Source: Sinorhizobium meliloti (GTDB lineage: Bacteria > Pseudomonadota > Alphaproteobacteria > Rhizobiales > Rhizobiaceae). From it: a stretch of DNA of 32,000 nt. The notes beneath the pieces were generated by a model. That model did no database searches. It had not been told where the DNA came from and saw only the letters and a program-made list of their open reading frames with translations. The stretch is from the NCBI RefSeq assembly GCF_017876815.1, contig NZ_JAGIOS010000001.1:570001-602000 (forward strand), given 5' to 3'. This document shows positions 17,181-29,974 of the stretch, in pieces (the first letter of the stretch is position 1; each line of letters begins with the position of its first letter). The translations under genes were made by a program, and so were the position numbers.

Positions 17181-18854
17181 TCACGCCGCTCGGTCGACTG
17201 CCCATTTTCGCAGTATCTTCGCTGCCCGCTCTTCGCTGATCTCTACCATCCGGGCGAGGCGCCGCTCCGGCCCTTCCTTGACGCGGCGGTTGAAGCCGGC
17301 CTCGTCGCCGAGATTGAGCAGGTCGTCGCCGCCGTCGAAGCCGAAGTCGGAGCCGAAGCCCTCCATGAGGGCGCCCCCTGCGCCGGCGCCGGCCGGCGAG
17401 AAGTCCGGCAGTTCGAGCCCGGCGGCTTCGCCTTCGAGCTTGCCCGCCTGTCCGCCGAAGCCCAGCTGGCGGGCAAGCGGCCGCATCCCGAACCATACCA
17501 CCAGGAAGGCGACCGCGACGAAGGCGAGCGCGTTGATGATGCCGCCGAGGTTGCGCGTCAGCATCTCCATGATCCCCGGGCCCGGCACCGCCTGGTCGAG
17601 GAGCTGTGTCTCCACGAAATCCATGGCGTTCAGCGTAACGACGTCGCCGCGGCCCGGATCTATCCCGGCGGCGGAGGAAACGATCTTCTGCATCTCCTGG
17701 AGATAGGCATCGATTTTCGCCTGATCTGCCGGTTCGCCGGCCATGGCCGCGAGGCGCCCGCGATTGACGACGACCGCGATCGACAGCCGCTCGATCGAAT
17801 AGCTGTTCTTGACGGTGGCGATCGTCTTGCTGTTGATCTCGTAATTCGTCTGCTCTTCCTTCTTCTCCGCCTCGTCGCTCGACTGCTGACCGGCTCCGCC
17901 GCGCGGCGCCGCCTGGGGGACGTTCTGCTGTACCGTGGCGGCATTGTCCGGCTGCTGCTGGCTGGACTTCTGCTCTTCCTTGATCACGCGCGTCGAGCGC
18001 TCGACGCGCGATTCCGGATCGAAGACCGTCTCCTGAATCTGCTGCGCATCGGTGTTGAGCCTGGCGGTGACGCTGGTGCGGAAATTGTCCATCCCGAGGA
18101 ATGGCGCGAGAGCATTGTCGATCTTCTTTTCGAGATCGGACTGGACGTTCTGGACGACGCCGAGTGACTGATTGAGCGCGCTGTTCGACGGGTCGTCGCC
18201 GGATGCGAGCAGCTGGCCGGTCGAATCGAGGACGGTGACGTCGTCGACATCGAGGCCCGGCACGGAAGACGCGACCAGATGCCGGATGGAGGACGCAGCG
18301 CTACGGCCGACCGTGGCGCTTGCCCGTATCATGACCGAGGCCGTCGGCGTCTGCTCTGCTTTGCGGAAGCTGCCGCGCTCCGGCATGACGATGTGGACGC
18401 GTGCGGCGGCGATGCCGGAAATCTGCTGGATCGTGCGGGCGATTTCGCCCTCGAGCGCCCGAACGCGGGTCACTTCCTGCATGAAGGACGTCAGTCCGAG
18501 CGAACCGACATTGTCGAAGAGCTCGTAACCGGCATTGGCGCTGCTCGGCAGGCCGCGCTCGGCAAGCAGCAGACGGGCCTTGCCGGTCATGCCGACGGGC
18601 ACCTGGATGCTGCCGCCGTCGGTGCCGACTTCGAAGTCGACATTGGCCTCCGCAAGCGCAATGCTGATCTGGGTGACGTCGCTGCGTTCGAGACCGACAT
18701 AGAGCGTCTCGAAGGACCGCCGGTTGACATAGATACCGGCACCGAGGACGAAGCCGATCGCCACGACGCCAGCCACGGCAAGCGCAATGAGCTTTCCTTG
18801 TCCGAGATTGCTCAGATTTTTCGTGAACGTCGAGAATTGATCGAACAGATTCAT
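17181..18854 (-). CDS. fliF: Flagellar MS-ring protein FliF
   Basis: The ATG at 18852-18854 gives MNLFDQFSTFTKNLSNLGQGKLIALAVAGVVAIGFVL... (557 aa). It has two TM segments and a C-terminal FliG-binding helix (RRLARMVEISEERAAKILRKW). The track start 30 nt upstream is less likely. Confidence 0.93.
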   Translation of the reverse strand: MNLFDQFSTFTKNLSNLGQGKLIALAVAGVVAIGFVLGAGIYVNRRSFETLYVGLERSDVTQISIALAEANVDFEVGTDGGSIQVPVGMTGKARLLLAERGLPSSANAGYELFDNVGSLGLTSFMQEVTRVRALEGEIARTIQQISGIAAARVHIVMPERGSFRKAEQTPTASVMIRASATVGRSAASSIRHLVASSVPGLDVDDVTVLDSTGQLLASGDDPSNSALNQSLGVVQNVQSDLEKKIDNALAPFLGMDNFRTSVTARLNTDAQQIQETVFDPESRVERSTRVIKEEQKSSQQQPDNAATVQQNVPQAAPRGGAGQQSSDEAEKKEEQTNYEINSKTIATVKNSYSIERLSIAVVVNRGRLAAMAGEPADQAKIDAYLQEMQKIVSSAAGIDPGRGDVVTLNAMDFVETQLLDQAVPGPGIMEMLTRNLGGIINALAFVAVAFLVVWFGMRPLARQLGFGGQAGKLEGEAAGLELPDFSPAGAGAGGALMEGFGSDFGFDGGDDLLNLGDEAGFNRRVKEGPERRLARMVEISEERAAKILRKWAVDRAA

Positions 18855-18994
18855 TCTGTTTCCGCACCCAGTATCGCAAGGCACCCGCTCCGATTATCCG
18901 GTCGGTACCCTGCGCAGATCCAACATTCGGGTTTGCTGGAAAAACGGCCTGCGCTCAGCCGTTCTGCATTAGCCGCGAATCTACCAGCCCCGGA

Positions 18995-19029
18995 AGCGAA
19001 GCTAGGCCACGAAACTTGCGCGAACTTGG
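18995..19029 (-). promoter_or_regulatory. Candidate class II promoter/activator site upstream of fliF
   Basis: The minus strand reads ccaagttcgcgcaagtttcgtggcctagcttcgct: tandem CAAG half-sites 10 nt apart, plus the CGCAAG-N8-CCTAG block shared with flgB. Confidence 0.5.
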
Positions 19030-19082
19030 CGAAGGGCAGGCATCGGCGAACTGTCGCGCAGCGCACCGCTCCGGCCGCGCGG

Positions 19083-19195
19083 CCGCCCCTCATCCGCCTG
19101 CCGGCACCTTCTCCCCGCAAGCGGGGCGAAGGGACAAGACGCATGCTCCACATGTCCGCTCTCCCCGCCTGCGGGGAGGGTTACGGTGAGGTGCG
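19083..19195. repeat. RIME/REP-like mosaic palindromic intergenic repeat, copy B (inverted relative to copy A)
   Basis: Stem-loops at 19107-19132 (ccttctccccgc aa gcggggcgaagg, one mismatch) and 19161-19178 (ctccccgc ct gcggggag). It ends 11 nt from the cheT stop codon. Confidence 0.8.
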
Positions 19196-19205
19196 ACCGC
19201 GCGCC

Positions 19206-19580
19206 TCAGAAGGCCTCGAAGTCGCCAGCCGCCTTGGTCAGCGGCTGCGAATGCCCATGCCGGAGAATGCCGTTGCCGAGCGCTTTCTTCATGTCGGCAA
19301 GCTTGACGAGGCTGACTGCGGTGGTGACGTCGACTAGGCAGGTGTCGGGAATGGAGGCGGTGATGGTATCGATGAACTCCGCGAGCCCGCGCGTCTTCTG
19401 CACCGCGAGGTCGATGCCCTGCAGCACCATGATCCTGTCCGCGCCGGCGCCGTCATCGCTCATGAGTTGGGGCTCTATGCGTTCGATCAGATAGGCGACG
19501 TCGTGGAGCTCCGTGACGACGCGCATCAGCACGTCCGGCAGCGATTCTTCCGCGTGAGGCTGGTTGTGGTCTTTCCGCAT
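19206..19580 (-). CDS. cheT: Small chemotaxis-operon protein (orf10/CheT type), last gene of the che operon
   Basis: 124 aa with an ATG start, 30 nt downstream of cheD. Its position and size match Sinorhizobium orf10/cheT. I recognise no enzymatic motif. Confidence 0.6.
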   Translation of the reverse strand: MRKDHNQPHAEESLPDVLMRVVTELHDVAYLIERIEPQLMSDDGAGADRIMVLQGIDLAVQKTRGLAEFIDTITASIPDTCLVDVTTAVSLVKLADMKKALGNGILRHGHSQPLTKAAGDFEAF

Positions 19581-19610
19581 TGTTTCCTCACATGGCCTCG
19601 GCCGGTATGA

Positions 19611-20162
19611 TCAGAAGAATTCGATGGAGCTTTCGGCCGGCTTCGGCACGGCGGGCCGCTGGTCCATCTGAAGCGCCCGCTGTGCCTCAACGCCGGTCAG
19701 CGCGTATTGCCGCGCGCGCCCTGACGACGGCCAGTATTCGAGCTTACGCCCGTGGTCGCCGCCGGTGCTTTCGCCGACGATGCGGATACCCTCGTCCATC
19801 AGGAACTGGCGCGCGAAGGCGGCATTCTGCTCGCCGACATTCGAGAAACGCGCAATCGTCCTGGCTCCGCCGAAGATTTTCGCCTCCAGCCGGTCGCGGC
19901 GCGCCCCCTGCTTCAGGAGGCCGTTGATGAGAAGCTCCATCAGATGCACGCCGTAGCGCGTGGCGTCCGCGCCGGAACTCGGCGAGGTCGCCGATCCCGG
20001 CAGCAGGAAGTGATTCATGCCGCCGACGCCGGCCGCCGGATCGCGCATGCAGGCGGCCACGCAGGAACCGAGAATGGTCGAAAGAACGATATCCGGATCG
20101 TTGACGACCTTGAACTCGCCCTGAATGACATGGACGCGCCTCCCGGCAGCCTCGGTGTTCAT
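19611..20162 (-). CDS. cheD: Chemoreceptor glutamine deamidase CheD
   Basis: 183 aa. Catalytic-site context [14 protein letters not shown] and [14 protein letters not shown] overlap with cheY2. Confidence 0.93.
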   Translation of the reverse strand: MNTEAAGRRVHVIQGEFKVVNDPDIVLSTILGSCVAACMRDPAAGVGGMNHFLLPGSATSPSSGADATRYGVHLMELLINGLLKQGARRDRLEAKIFGGARTIARFSNVGEQNAAFARQFLMDEGIRIVGESTGGDHGRKLEYWPSSGRARQYALTGVEAQRALQMDQRPAVPKPAESSIEFF

Positions 20163-20548
20163 TTCAGCGCCCCGAAAACGGCCTCGATCGCGGCTTTCAT
20201 CTTTTCGATCGTGAACGGCTTTGCCAGCACGTTGTTGGCGCCGAGCGCAGCCGCCTTCTGCACCAGCGCGCGGTCGCCCTGCGCCGTCAGAATGATGAAG
20301 GCCGCCTTCTTGGTGGCGGGGTTTGCACGCACCGCCTGGAGCAGGCCCAACCCATCCATTTTCGGCATGTTGAAATCGGAGATCACCAGATGATGGGGAT
20401 TCTGAGCCATGATCTTCATGCCCTGCTCCCCGTCACCGGCCGCGGTGATCTGCTTGAAGCCGAGCTGCTGCAGTGCGTCGCCCAGGAGCAGACGGCTCGT
20501 GACCTGATCGTCGACGATCAGAACTTTTATCTTTTCGGCGAGAGACAT
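20159..20548 (-). CDS. cheY2: Response regulator CheY2
   Basis: 129 aa, a single receiver domain ([12 protein letters not shown]...[12 protein letters not shown]...AKPF). Confidence 0.93.
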   Translation of the reverse strand: MSLAEKIKVLIVDDQVTSRLLLGDALQQLGFKQITAAGDGEQGMKIMAQNPHHLVISDFNMPKMDGLGLLQAVRANPATKKAAFIILTAQGDRALVQKAAALGANNVLAKPFTIEKMKAAIEAVFGALK

Positions 20549-21597
20549 TATTCGATTCCTTCTTTTCGGGCTGCCGCCGTCTTCAAAATCTCCTCCCCGA
20601 TCGATCCGAGGGGGAGCTGCGTTTCGACCGCGCCCAATTCATAGGCGACGCGCGGCATGCCGTAGACGACACAGGTCTTTTCGTTCTGACCGAAGGTGCG
20701 TGCTCCGGCATGCCGCAATTTCAGGAGACCGGCGGCGCCATCGCGGCCCATTCCGGTGAGAATCACCCCGATGGCGTTCCGGCCCGCCAGTTCGGCGACG
20801 GAATCGAACAGCACGTCGACCGAGGGACGATGTCCGTTGACCGGCGGATGATCCACCAGTCGGCAGCAGGGTGCTGCGGCATTATGGACCTCAAGATGGC
20901 GTTCGCCGCCGGGCGCCAGATAGACCCTGCCGACCTCGAGCCGCGCGCCATCCGTCGCCTCCTGGACCGTCGGGGCGCAAAGCCGGTTCAGCCGTTCGGC
21001 GAAGCTCTTGGTGAAGGTGTGCGGCATGTGCTGCGTGATCACCGTCGGCGGGCAATTCGCCGGGAACTTCTGCAAGACCGTGATCAGCGCCTCGACCCCG
21101 CCGGTCGAGGCTCCGATCGCGACGATCTTGCGCCCTGCCCGGTAGTCGGAAACGGCTGTCGCCGCCGGCGCGGCCGCCCTGTTGCTGGTGATCATGGACT
21201 TGCGCTGCGAACGCGCGGCCGCCTTGACCTTGTCGGCGAGATCGCGGAACGGATGCGGATCCCCCGGCTGGGGCTTGCCGACGCAGTCGAAGGCGCCGAT
21301 CTCGAGCGCGGCGATCGTCGCTTCGGCGCCCCTATGGGTCAGCGTCGAGACCATGATCACCGGCATGGGCCTCAGCCGCATGATCTTGTCGAGGAATTCG
21401 AGGCCGTTCATGTTCGGCATCTCGATGTCGAGGGTCACGACATCGGGGTCGAGCTGCTTGATCGCCTGACGCGCCTCGAGCGCGTCGGCAGCCTGTCCGA
21501 CGACGGAGATATCAGGGTCGGCATTGAGCACGGCGGAGATGAGGCCGCGCATGGTGGCCGAGTCGTCGACGACGAGAACACGTGCGGGAGCGCTCAT
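20548..21597 (-). CDS. cheB: Chemotaxis methylesterase CheB
   Basis: The track ORF is 5'-extended. The ATG at 21595-21597 gives [20 protein letters not shown]... (349 aa). Receiver domain plus esterase domain (IGASTGG, GMGRDGA). ATGA overlap with the cheR stop. Confidence 0.95.
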   Translation of the reverse strand: MSAPARVLVVDDSATMRGLISAVLNADPDISVVGQAADALEARQAIKQLDPDVVTLDIEMPNMNGLEFLDKIMRLRPMPVIMVSTLTHRGAEATIAALEIGAFDCVGKPQPGDPHPFRDLADKVKAAARSQRKSMITSNRAAAPAATAVSDYRAGRKIVAIGASTGGVEALITVLQKFPANCPPTVITQHMPHTFTKSFAERLNRLCAPTVQEATDGARLEVGRVYLAPGGERHLEVHNAAAPCCRLVDHPPVNGHRPSVDVLFDSVAELAGRNAIGVILTGMGRDGAAGLLKLRHAGARTFGQNEKTCVVYGMPRVAYELGAVETQLPLGSIGEEILKTAAARKEGIE

Positions 21598-22502
21598 GCC
21601 CGGCCCCCGTGGAACTTGCCGGTATGGCGATAGGTCGTGATGCCGATATTGTCGAAGAGCGCCTTGGCATCCCCCGACACACGTTCCGAGTGGCCGATAT
21701 AGAGGTGCCCGCCATTGTCCAGCACGCCGGCGAAGCGCGACCAGATCTTCATCTGCGTCGGCTCGTCGAAATAGATCACGACATTGCGGCAGAAGATCAC
21801 GTCGAACGGCCCCTTGATCGGCCACTGCGCCATGAGGTTGAGTTCGTTGAAGGTGATCAGCCGCTTAACGCGATCGTCGACCTGCCACTTGCGGCGGCCG
21901 CCGGCTTCGACCTCGCTGAACCATTGCTTGCGCATGGCAGGGTTCACCGTCTCGAGCGCCGTCGCATCGTAGGCGCCGGCCCGCGCCAGCGCCAGGATCT
22001 TCGGGTCGATATCGGTCGCTAGGATGCGGAAGTCGTAGTCCGCAGCATTGGGCAGCAACGACAACACCGTCAGCGCGATCGAATAGGGCTCCTGGCCATC
22101 CGAACACGCCGCAGACCAGATGCGGACGCGACCGCCGTTCTTCGCGCGGGCGATAAGACCAGGCAGAACGTCTGTTTTCAGGTGCTCGAAATGATGGTTC
22201 TCGCGGAAAAAGCGGGTGAAATTCGTCGTGAGATGCGAAAGCATGTCGCGGCGCGCCGCCGCACCGGCAGGCGAAGCGACGAGCTGGCAGTAGTCGCGGA
22301 ACCCCTTCAGTCCGAGATTGCGGATATGCTTCGAAAGCCGCGAATAGACGAGCGATGCCTTGGATTCGTTGAGATAGATGCCGGCATCCGCGTAGATCAT
22401 CGCGGCGATCTCGGTGAGATCGCGGCGGGTCAGCGGATATTCTCCGCTCGCGAGACATTCGTCCGGATACGGCCTCTGATCGATGTTGGCCTGGACCCTC
22501 AT
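21594..22502 (-). CDS. cheR: Chemotaxis methyltransferase CheR
   Basis: The ATG at 22500-22502 overlaps the cheW stop (ATGA) and gives a 302-aa protein, MRVQANIDQ.... SAM-binding region [16 protein letters not shown] and the motif [14 protein letters not shown]. Confidence 0.95.
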   Translation of the reverse strand: MRVQANIDQRPYPDECLASGEYPLTRRDLTEIAAMIYADAGIYLNESKASLVYSRLSKHIRNLGLKGFRDYCQLVASPAGAAARRDMLSHLTTNFTRFFRENHHFEHLKTDVLPGLIARAKNGGRVRIWSAACSDGQEPYSIALTVLSLLPNAADYDFRILATDIDPKILALARAGAYDATALETVNPAMRKQWFSEVEAGGRRKWQVDDRVKRLITFNELNLMAQWPIKGPFDVIFCRNVVIYFDEPTQMKIWSRFAGVLDNGGHLYIGHSERVSGDAKALFDNIGITTYRHTGKFHGGRA

Positions 22503-22966
22503 GCCGCCTCCCTTTCCTCGCTCGGGAAGACCGAGTCGAGCTCTACGAGGCAGATCATGCGCCCCTCTATCGCCAACACGCCGCGTGCGAAACTCCGCTC
22601 GAAATCGGACGCGATGTCCGGCGTCGGCTGAATATCGCGATCGGAGACGGTGAGAATGTCGGAAACGGCGTCGACCAGCAGGCCGACCACCCTGCTCTTG
22701 ACCTGCGCGACGATGATCACGTGCCGAACCGTCGGCTCGGCCGCCTTCATGCCTAGCCGGGCGGAGAAATCGACGATCGGCAGCACGGCGCCGCGCAGAT
22801 TGATGACGCCGAGCACGTAGGCGGGCGCATGCGGCATCGGGGTCGCCGGCGTCCATCCGCGAATTTCTCGCACCGACATGATGTTGACGCAGAATTCCTG
22901 GTCGCCGACGCGGAAGGCGATCAGCTCCCGTCCGCCATTGGTCAGATGTTTTGCGGCATTGGTCAT
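22499..22966 (-). CDS. cheW: Coupling protein CheW
   Basis: 155 aa with a CheW-like domain ([25 protein letters not shown]...[12 protein letters not shown]). Confidence 0.95.
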   Translation of the reverse strand: MTNAAKHLTNGGRELIAFRVGDQEFCVNIMSVREIRGWTPATPMPHAPAYVLGVINLRGAVLPIVDFSARLGMKAAEPTVRHVIIVAQVKSRVVGLLVDAVSDILTVSDRDIQPTPDIASDFERSFARGVLAIEGRMICLVELDSVFPSEEREAA

Positions 22967-22971
22967 GGGAA

Positions 22972-25248
22972 TTATCCGGCTGCAGCAAGAGACATTTCAG
23001 GTTTCAGGGATTGCCCGCGCGACGCAGCGACGATGGCGTCGACATCGAGGATGAGTGCCACGCGCCCGTCGCCGAGAATTGTGGCCGCGGCAATGCCGGG
23101 CACATGCGTGTAGTTGGCTTCGAGGCTCTTGATCACCACCTGCCGCTGGCCCTGGATGGCATCGACCATCAACGCGCGCTGGCCGCCGCCTTCGGATTCG
23201 ACGAGAAGCGCCACGCCTTCGACCGGGTTGGCCTGTGCCCCGCGGAAGTTCAGGATGCGGCCCACGTCTACGAGCGGGCAGAAGGAGTCGCGGATCGAGA
23301 TCAGCCGCTGGCTGGAACCGAAGCTGTGGATCGCAGAGGCCTCCGGCTGCAGCGTCTCGACGATTGCCGTCAGCGGCACGACGAGCGTCTGGTTGGCGAC
23401 GGTCACCACCATGCCGTCGAGGACGGCGAGCGTCAGCGGCAGGCTCATGGTGAAGATCGAGCCCTGGCCCGGCTTCGAAGAGATGTTGATGCGGCCGCCG
23501 AGTGCCTGGATGGAGCGCTTGACGACATCCATGCCGACACCACGGCCGGAAATGTCGGAGATCTTGTCGGCCGTGGAGAAACCAGCGTGGAAGATCAGGT
23601 TGTCGACTTCCTCGTCCGAAAGGTTTGCGTCCGCCGCAATGAGATCGTTGTCGATCGCCTTCTGGCGCACCTTCTCGCGATTGATGCCGGCGCCGTCGTC
23701 GGCAAGCTCGATGACGATGCGGCCGGAGCGGTGCTTGGCCGTGAGCCGCACGGTTCCTTCCGGGTTCTTGCCCGCGGCAACCCGCTTTTCAGGCGTCTCG
23801 AGGCCGTGATCGACCGCGTTGCGGATCATGTGCGTGAGCGGCTCGGCGAGCTTGTCGATGACCGTCTTGTCGACTTCCGTATTTTCACCCTCGGTGATGA
23901 GACGGACGGACTTGCCGGTCATGTCGGCGATTTCGCGGACGATGCGGGACATGCGCTGGAAAACCGGCTTGACCGGCTGAGCGCGGATCGCCATGACACT
24001 GTCCTGGATTTCGCGCGTAAGCTGCTGCAGTTCCTCCAGGCCCATATTGATCGACGACGTGCCGTTGGTGTCGTTTTCGATCACGCTCTGCGACAGCATC
24101 GCCTGGTTGATGACGAGTTCGCCGACGAGGTTGATCAGGCGGTCGACACGATCGAGATCGACGCGAATGGTCGGGGTCGCGGCGGAAGCGGCCTGCTGGG
24201 CGGCAGCCTGTGCCGCCGATGCCGATTGGGAATTGCGGGCATTCTCCGGGGAGACGCGCGCCGTGGACTGCGCCATTTGCAGGACGTTGCTCGCCGTCTG
24301 CGCCGCCGCGACGGCCGCATTCCGGGGGTCGCCCTCGCTGGCGGCGGCCCGGTCCTCTTTCCCGGCAGGCGCCTGGGCTTCGTCCTCGAGGATCGAAAGG
24401 TCGAAGGGGACGGGCTGCATCGGCAGGTCTTCGTCCATCCCGACCGTACCGCCGGCGAGCGCGACGTCGAGCTCGCAATCCCACTCGGCGAATTCGAACA
24501 CGGAGCGGATCGCCTCTTCGCCCTTGTCGGTTTTGAGCGAAATCTTCCAGGAGAAATACGCCTCCTCCGGATTCATCCGGTCCAGCGGCGGCAAAGTGTC
24601 CATGTCGCAATGGATGCTCATCTCGCCGAGGCGCGAGAGATCACGCAGGAGCAGCGTGGCGTCATTGCCCTTGGCGTAAAGTTCCGACTTGGGCTTGAAG
24701 ACGATCTCATAGGTGGATGGTTCGATCGTCGGCTCGTCGCCTGTCTCGAAATCGTCGAAGGAGAAGGCAACGGGCTGGAAGCCTTCCTCGTTGACGACCG
24801 GAGCAGCCGGGGCAACGCCGGCCGGCGTCGTTTTCGGCGCGGACTCGGCGGCGGCTTGCGGCAGTTCGCCGTTGGCGAGCGCTTCGAGTTCCTTGATCAG
24901 TTGCCGGCTGCGCGCCTCGTCTACGCCGCCGCCGTCACGGGCGGCGTTGGTGAGATCGGCAAGCACGTCCGCCGATCTCAGCATGACTTTCAGGACGTCC
25001 TGATTGGGTTCCAGCCTGTTGGATCGAACGCAGTCGAGCGTCGTCTCGAACACATGCGCGAAGGAGACGAGATCGTCGAGCCCGAAGGCGCCGGCGCCGC
25101 CCTTGATGGAATGGACCGCACGGAAAACGGCATTCACCGTTTCCGGATCGCGATCGCCGTCATTGAGCTTGAGGAGACCCGATTCCAGTTCCGCGAGTTG
25201 CTCCTCGCATTCCTGGAAGAAAATCTCTTTGATTTCGTTCATATCCAT
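22972..25248 (-). CDS. cheA: Chemotaxis histidine kinase CheA
   Basis: The ATG at 25246-25248 gives [26 protein letters not shown]... (758 aa). Hpt His context [13 protein letters not shown], HATPase G-boxes ([15 protein letters not shown]) and a C-terminal CheW-like domain. The track ORF (936 aa) is 5'-extended through cheY1. Confidence 0.96.
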   Translation of the reverse strand: MDMNEIKEIFFQECEEQLAELESGLLKLNDGDRDPETVNAVFRAVHSIKGGAGAFGLDDLVSFAHVFETTLDCVRSNRLEPNQDVLKVMLRSADVLADLTNAARDGGGVDEARSRQLIKELEALANGELPQAAAESAPKTTPAGVAPAAPVVNEEGFQPVAFSFDDFETGDEPTIEPSTYEIVFKPKSELYAKGNDATLLLRDLSRLGEMSIHCDMDTLPPLDRMNPEEAYFSWKISLKTDKGEEAIRSVFEFAEWDCELDVALAGGTVGMDEDLPMQPVPFDLSILEDEAQAPAGKEDRAAASEGDPRNAAVAAAQTASNVLQMAQSTARVSPENARNSQSASAAQAAAQQAASAATPTIRVDLDRVDRLINLVGELVINQAMLSQSVIENDTNGTSSINMGLEELQQLTREIQDSVMAIRAQPVKPVFQRMSRIVREIADMTGKSVRLITEGENTEVDKTVIDKLAEPLTHMIRNAVDHGLETPEKRVAAGKNPEGTVRLTAKHRSGRIVIELADDGAGINREKVRQKAIDNDLIAADANLSDEEVDNLIFHAGFSTADKISDISGRGVGMDVVKRSIQALGGRINISSKPGQGSIFTMSLPLTLAVLDGMVVTVANQTLVVPLTAIVETLQPEASAIHSFGSSQRLISIRDSFCPLVDVGRILNFRGAQANPVEGVALLVESEGGGQRALMVDAIQGQRQVVIKSLEANYTHVPGIAAATILGDGRVALILDVDAIVAASRGQSLKPEMSLAAAG

Positions 25249-25268
25249 TGGATGGCTGTCCCCGGATT

Positions 25269-25634
25269 TCAGGCCGTTACGCGCTCGATGGCATCGATCA
25301 GCTTGGTCGGGTCGAACGGTTTGACGATCCAGCCGGTGGCGCCCGCCTGCCGCGCACGGTTCTTCTTCTCCGCATCGCTCTCGGTGGTCAGCACGAGGAT
25401 CGGCACCGCACGGTAGCGATCGTTCTTGCGCACACCCTCGATGAAGCCGAAGCCGTCGAGGCGCGGCATGTTGATGTCCGTTACGATCACGTCGGGGTTG
25501 GCCGTATCGAGCTTCTCGAGGCCCTCGACGCCATCCTCCGCCTGGATCGTTTCGAATCCGGCATTGTTGAGGGTGACGAGAAGCATGTTCCGGATCGTCC
25601 GGGAGTCGTCGACAGTCAGAACTCTCTTCTTCAT
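25269..25634 (-). CDS. cheY1: Response regulator CheY1
   Basis: 121 aa, a single receiver domain (KRVLTVDDSRTIRNML...VTDINMPRLDG...VKPF). Confidence 0.93.
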   Translation of the reverse strand: MKKRVLTVDDSRTIRNMLLVTLNNAGFETIQAEDGVEGLEKLDTANPDVIVTDINMPRLDGFGFIEGVRKNDRYRAVPILVLTTESDAEKKNRARQAGATGWIVKPFDPTKLIDAIERVTA

Positions 25635-25637
25635 TGC

Positions 25638-25931
25638 TCAAATCTCCTTTGCCATCAGGGGACCGATGTCCGCCCCGATGAGCTGTGTCGTCTTGATGAA
25701 AGCGTCGGACACCTCGGCAAAGGTGAAAGACAGGCGATCCGCTTCCCAGCTTCTCGCGGCGGCCATGAGCACCTGGACACAAAGCGCCCCAACGCGCTCG
25801 ACCGCGGACGCGTCGATCGCCACGGCGCCGCCTTTCAGTGCCAGGAGCCTTTCATGCAGCACCGTTGCCTCGTTCAGGTCCAAAACCGGAGCGAGCATCA
25901 GCGTGTTTCGTGCGGAGTTTCTGCTGGCCAT
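25638..25931 (-). CDS. cheS: STAS-domain chemotaxis protein (orf2/CheS type)
   Basis: 97 aa with an anti-sigma-antagonist-like fold signature. It sits between the receptor gene and cheY1, as in Sinorhizobium. Confidence 0.7.
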   Translation of the reverse strand: MASRNSARNTLMLAPVLDLNEATVLHERLLALKGGAVAIDASAVERVGALCVQVLMAAARSWEADRLSFTFAEVSDAFIKTTQLIGADIGPLMAKEI

Positions 25932-25956
25932 TTTTCCCTCGCTTGAAATGCTCTAC

Positions 25957-27627
<1,671 letters not shown>

Positions 27628-28143
27628 TCACGCCCACCCGATGAGAGCAGCGCGCCCGGAGGCGCCCGCCATCGTCCGTCCCACAGTGATTTCAGTGAAA
27701 GTGGATACCGGACCGAAACCGGTACGGCGGTGCGGCATCATGCCTTGAGGAGAAGTCGAGACTTCCTATTCCGACGTGTTGGACCATGTTTATGGTTAAT
27801 TCCTTGCTTGAAAGTTAATGCCTCCTGCCTCTTAACCGGAATCGCTAAAATTCAACCGGAGCTTTGCCGTCCACTATCGATGCAACGTTTTCTTTGAACG
27901 CAGCCACAGGTTTTCAATGATGAGAGTTTAGAATTGCGGATCTGTTTGACGTTCAGTATCGAAGCATACAGCGCCATGCGTCTCTCTTCGGACGGGCAGA
28001 GGTCGCTAGAGCATTTGAAGTGCTGCATGTTTCTTGTGTCGGCTGCGATTCAAAACATGCAGGTGTAATGGCGCGAAATATGCGTTGAGTAGCATCTTCA
28101 GGCACAGGGCGGCATCATGACGGTGCGCCACGGGACGTGAACA

Positions 28144-28257
28144 ATGATTGTTCTTGGAATAGGCGCCATCATCACCGCAACGCTCGCAATGGCGGCGATA
28201 TCGATCGTCGTCAATCTTGAGCACGGCCGCGCAACGAGCAGAACTTCCGTCTTCTGA
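28144..28257 (+). CDS. Candidate 37-aa hydrophobic small protein (not in the ORF track)
   Basis: ATG...TGA encodes MIVLGIGAIITATLAMAAISIVVNLEHGRATSRTSVF: one predicted TM helix plus a basic tail. Weak GGGA about 8 nt upstream. A 7-codon uORF (28117-28140) ends 3 nt before it. Low GC3, unlike neighbouring genes. Confidence 0.3.
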   Translation: MIVLGIGAIITATLAMAAISIVVNLEHGRATSRTSVF

Positions 28258-28264
28258 GATTCCT

Positions 28265-29653
28265 TTACGGATCACTCCGGACATGCGCGGCAGTGCGCCG
28301 GCGCCATGCCTCGGCATAAGCCGCATAGGCGTCCGGCTTTGCGGCCGGTATCGGCTCGGCCCCCGTCCTGACGCGGGCGCCCGCGACGAGGCAGGCGGCG
28401 CCGAGGCTCGTTCCCGTGCTGTTCAGCCTGTTGGCGAGCACCGGCCGGCCGGTGGCGGCCGCAAGCATCCTCAGATAGGCGTCGTTCAAGGCAAACGGCC
28501 CCTCGACCAGGATCTCGCCCCTTGCGCCGATCAGATCGAGGCAGGTCGCCGTCATCAGTGCAAGATGGAAGGAGACGACCGCGAGCCGTTCGGCGGGAGC
28601 GAGCTTGTCTTCGTCCGCCGTCCAATGGGGGCTCGCAGCCGGAAACGGCCCTGAACCACCCGGCAGCGACGGCAGCAGCATATGCCCTTGCTCCAGGACA
28701 CTCGCTTCCGCCTCCGGCGAGGCCGTCGGCGGATCGTCGCCGATCAGCAGGGAATAGGCGCGCCCGCCCATGAAGCGGGCCGAAGGCACCGGATCGCCGA
28801 GTGCGTTGACGTTGATGAGCGTGTCGCGCCGCTCGTCGAGTTTCACGGGCTCGGCGCCGACCGCGAGCATCACGACCCAGGTCCCGGTCGAGGCTACGGA
28901 GAATGGCGCCTGGCGCGTAATGAGATGCGGCAGCAACGAAGCGTTGGAATCGTGAATGCCGCAGTGGACCGGCGTTTCCGGTGGCAGACCGGTCTCATCC
29001 GCAACCTGCCGAAGCAAGGGACCAAGCACGTCGCCCGCCCTTCGCACCGGCGCAAAGAGATGGCGCCAGCCCTGCTCGTCGACCATCGACGAGAAGGTTG
29101 CTGCCTTCGGGTTCCAGAGATCGGTGTGGCAGCCGAGCGAGGTCAACTCGTTCGTCCTGACCCCCGTCAAGCGGTAGGACCAATATTGCGCATAGGTGAG
29201 GATCGTCGCGACGCGGGCGAAATGCTCCGGAAACATGCGCTGCTGCCAGAAGAGCTGAGCGCCGACATTGAGCCCCATCGGCAGGCGCGCCGAACCGGTC
29301 TCCGTGAAGGGAGGGCGCGCCTTCTCATATTCCTCCGCGAGCGCATCCGGCCCGGTGAATTCATAGTCCAGAACCGGCAAGGCGAGTTCGCCCGCTTCGT
29401 CGAGCAGCACGGCGGTCGCGCCGTGCGTGGTCACCGAAATCGCATCCACCGGGTGCTCGCGGTGAAGCGCCGCTAGACTGTCAAGAACGAAACGCCAAAG
29501 GCGCTCGGTGTCGAAATGCGGGTAGGGCCCGTCGTCGCTCACGCCATTGCCGGACTTGCGCACGGCGATTTCCTCGAAGCGCTCGAGATCGACCAGTGCG
29601 ACCTTGGCGTTTGTCTTGCCGATATCGATGACGGCGACGGTTTTCATCATCAT
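28265..29653 (-). CDS. rhaK: FGGY-type sugar kinase, rhamnose/rhamnulose kinase RhaK type
   Basis: Starts at the triple ATG at 29645-29653 ([21 protein letters not shown], the phosphate-1 motif of the ASKHA fold) and overlaps the rhaU stop. The track ORF is slightly 5'-extended. Context matches rhaPQUK. Confidence 0.8.
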   Translation of the reverse strand: MMMKTVAVIDIGKTNAKVALVDLERFEEIAVRKSGNGVSDDGPYPHFDTERLWRFVLDSLAALHREHPVDAISVTTHGATAVLLDEAGELALPVLDYEFTGPDALAEEYEKARPPFTETGSARLPMGLNVGAQLFWQQRMFPEHFARVATILTYAQYWSYRLTGVRTNELTSLGCHTDLWNPKAATFSSMVDEQGWRHLFAPVRRAGDVLGPLLRQVADETGLPPETPVHCGIHDSNASLLPHLITRQAPFSVASTGTWVVMLAVGAEPVKLDERRDTLINVNALGDPVPSARFMGGRAYSLLIGDDPPTASPEAEASVLEQGHMLLPSLPGGSGPFPAASPHWTADEDKLAPAERLAVVSFHLALMTATCLDLIGARGEILVEGPFALNDAYLRMLAAATGRPVLANRLNSTGTSLGAACLVAGARVRTGAEPIPAAKPDAYAAYAEAWRRRTAAHVRSDP

Positions 29654-29973
29654 TTGAGGTGGAAGACGGTTTTGAGCGGCACGGCGACCGGCTCGTTGTC
29701 GGCGCGGGTCTCCATGATATCGGCCATATGGGCCCACCATTTCCGCATCACCGGATGCGACGGCAGGTCGCCCATCCTGTGATCGTCCGACCGCCAGAGC
29801 ACGCCGAAAAGCAGGCAGTTCTCCTCATCGAGGTGGATCGAATAATCGGAGACACCGGCGTCCTTCAGGAGCGTGACCAGCTCCGGCCAGATCGCGTCGT
29901 GACGCGCCTGGTATTCGGCGGCCTTGCCGGGATGGAGCCGCATGCGGAAGGCATATTTTTCCATGACTTGCAT
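29650..29973 (-). CDS. rhaU: L-rhamnose mutarotase
   Basis: 104-107 aa. ...[44 protein letters not shown]... matches the RhaM/RhaU family. Start is either the ATG at 29973 or the ATG at 29964. Confidence 0.85.
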   Translation of the reverse strand: MQVMEKYAFRMRLHPGKAAEYQARHDAIWPELVTLLKDAGVSDYSIHLDEENCLLFGVLWRSDDHRMGDLPSHPVMRKWWAHMADIMETRADNEPVAVPLKTVFHLK

Positions 29974-29974
29974 C

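Noticed and set aside
28006-28326. 106-aa minus-strand ORF in the che/rha spacer.
   Set aside because: It overlaps the 3' end of rhaK out of frame. It is Cys/His/Arg-rich, shows no similarity to anything I recognise, and has no ribosome-binding site.
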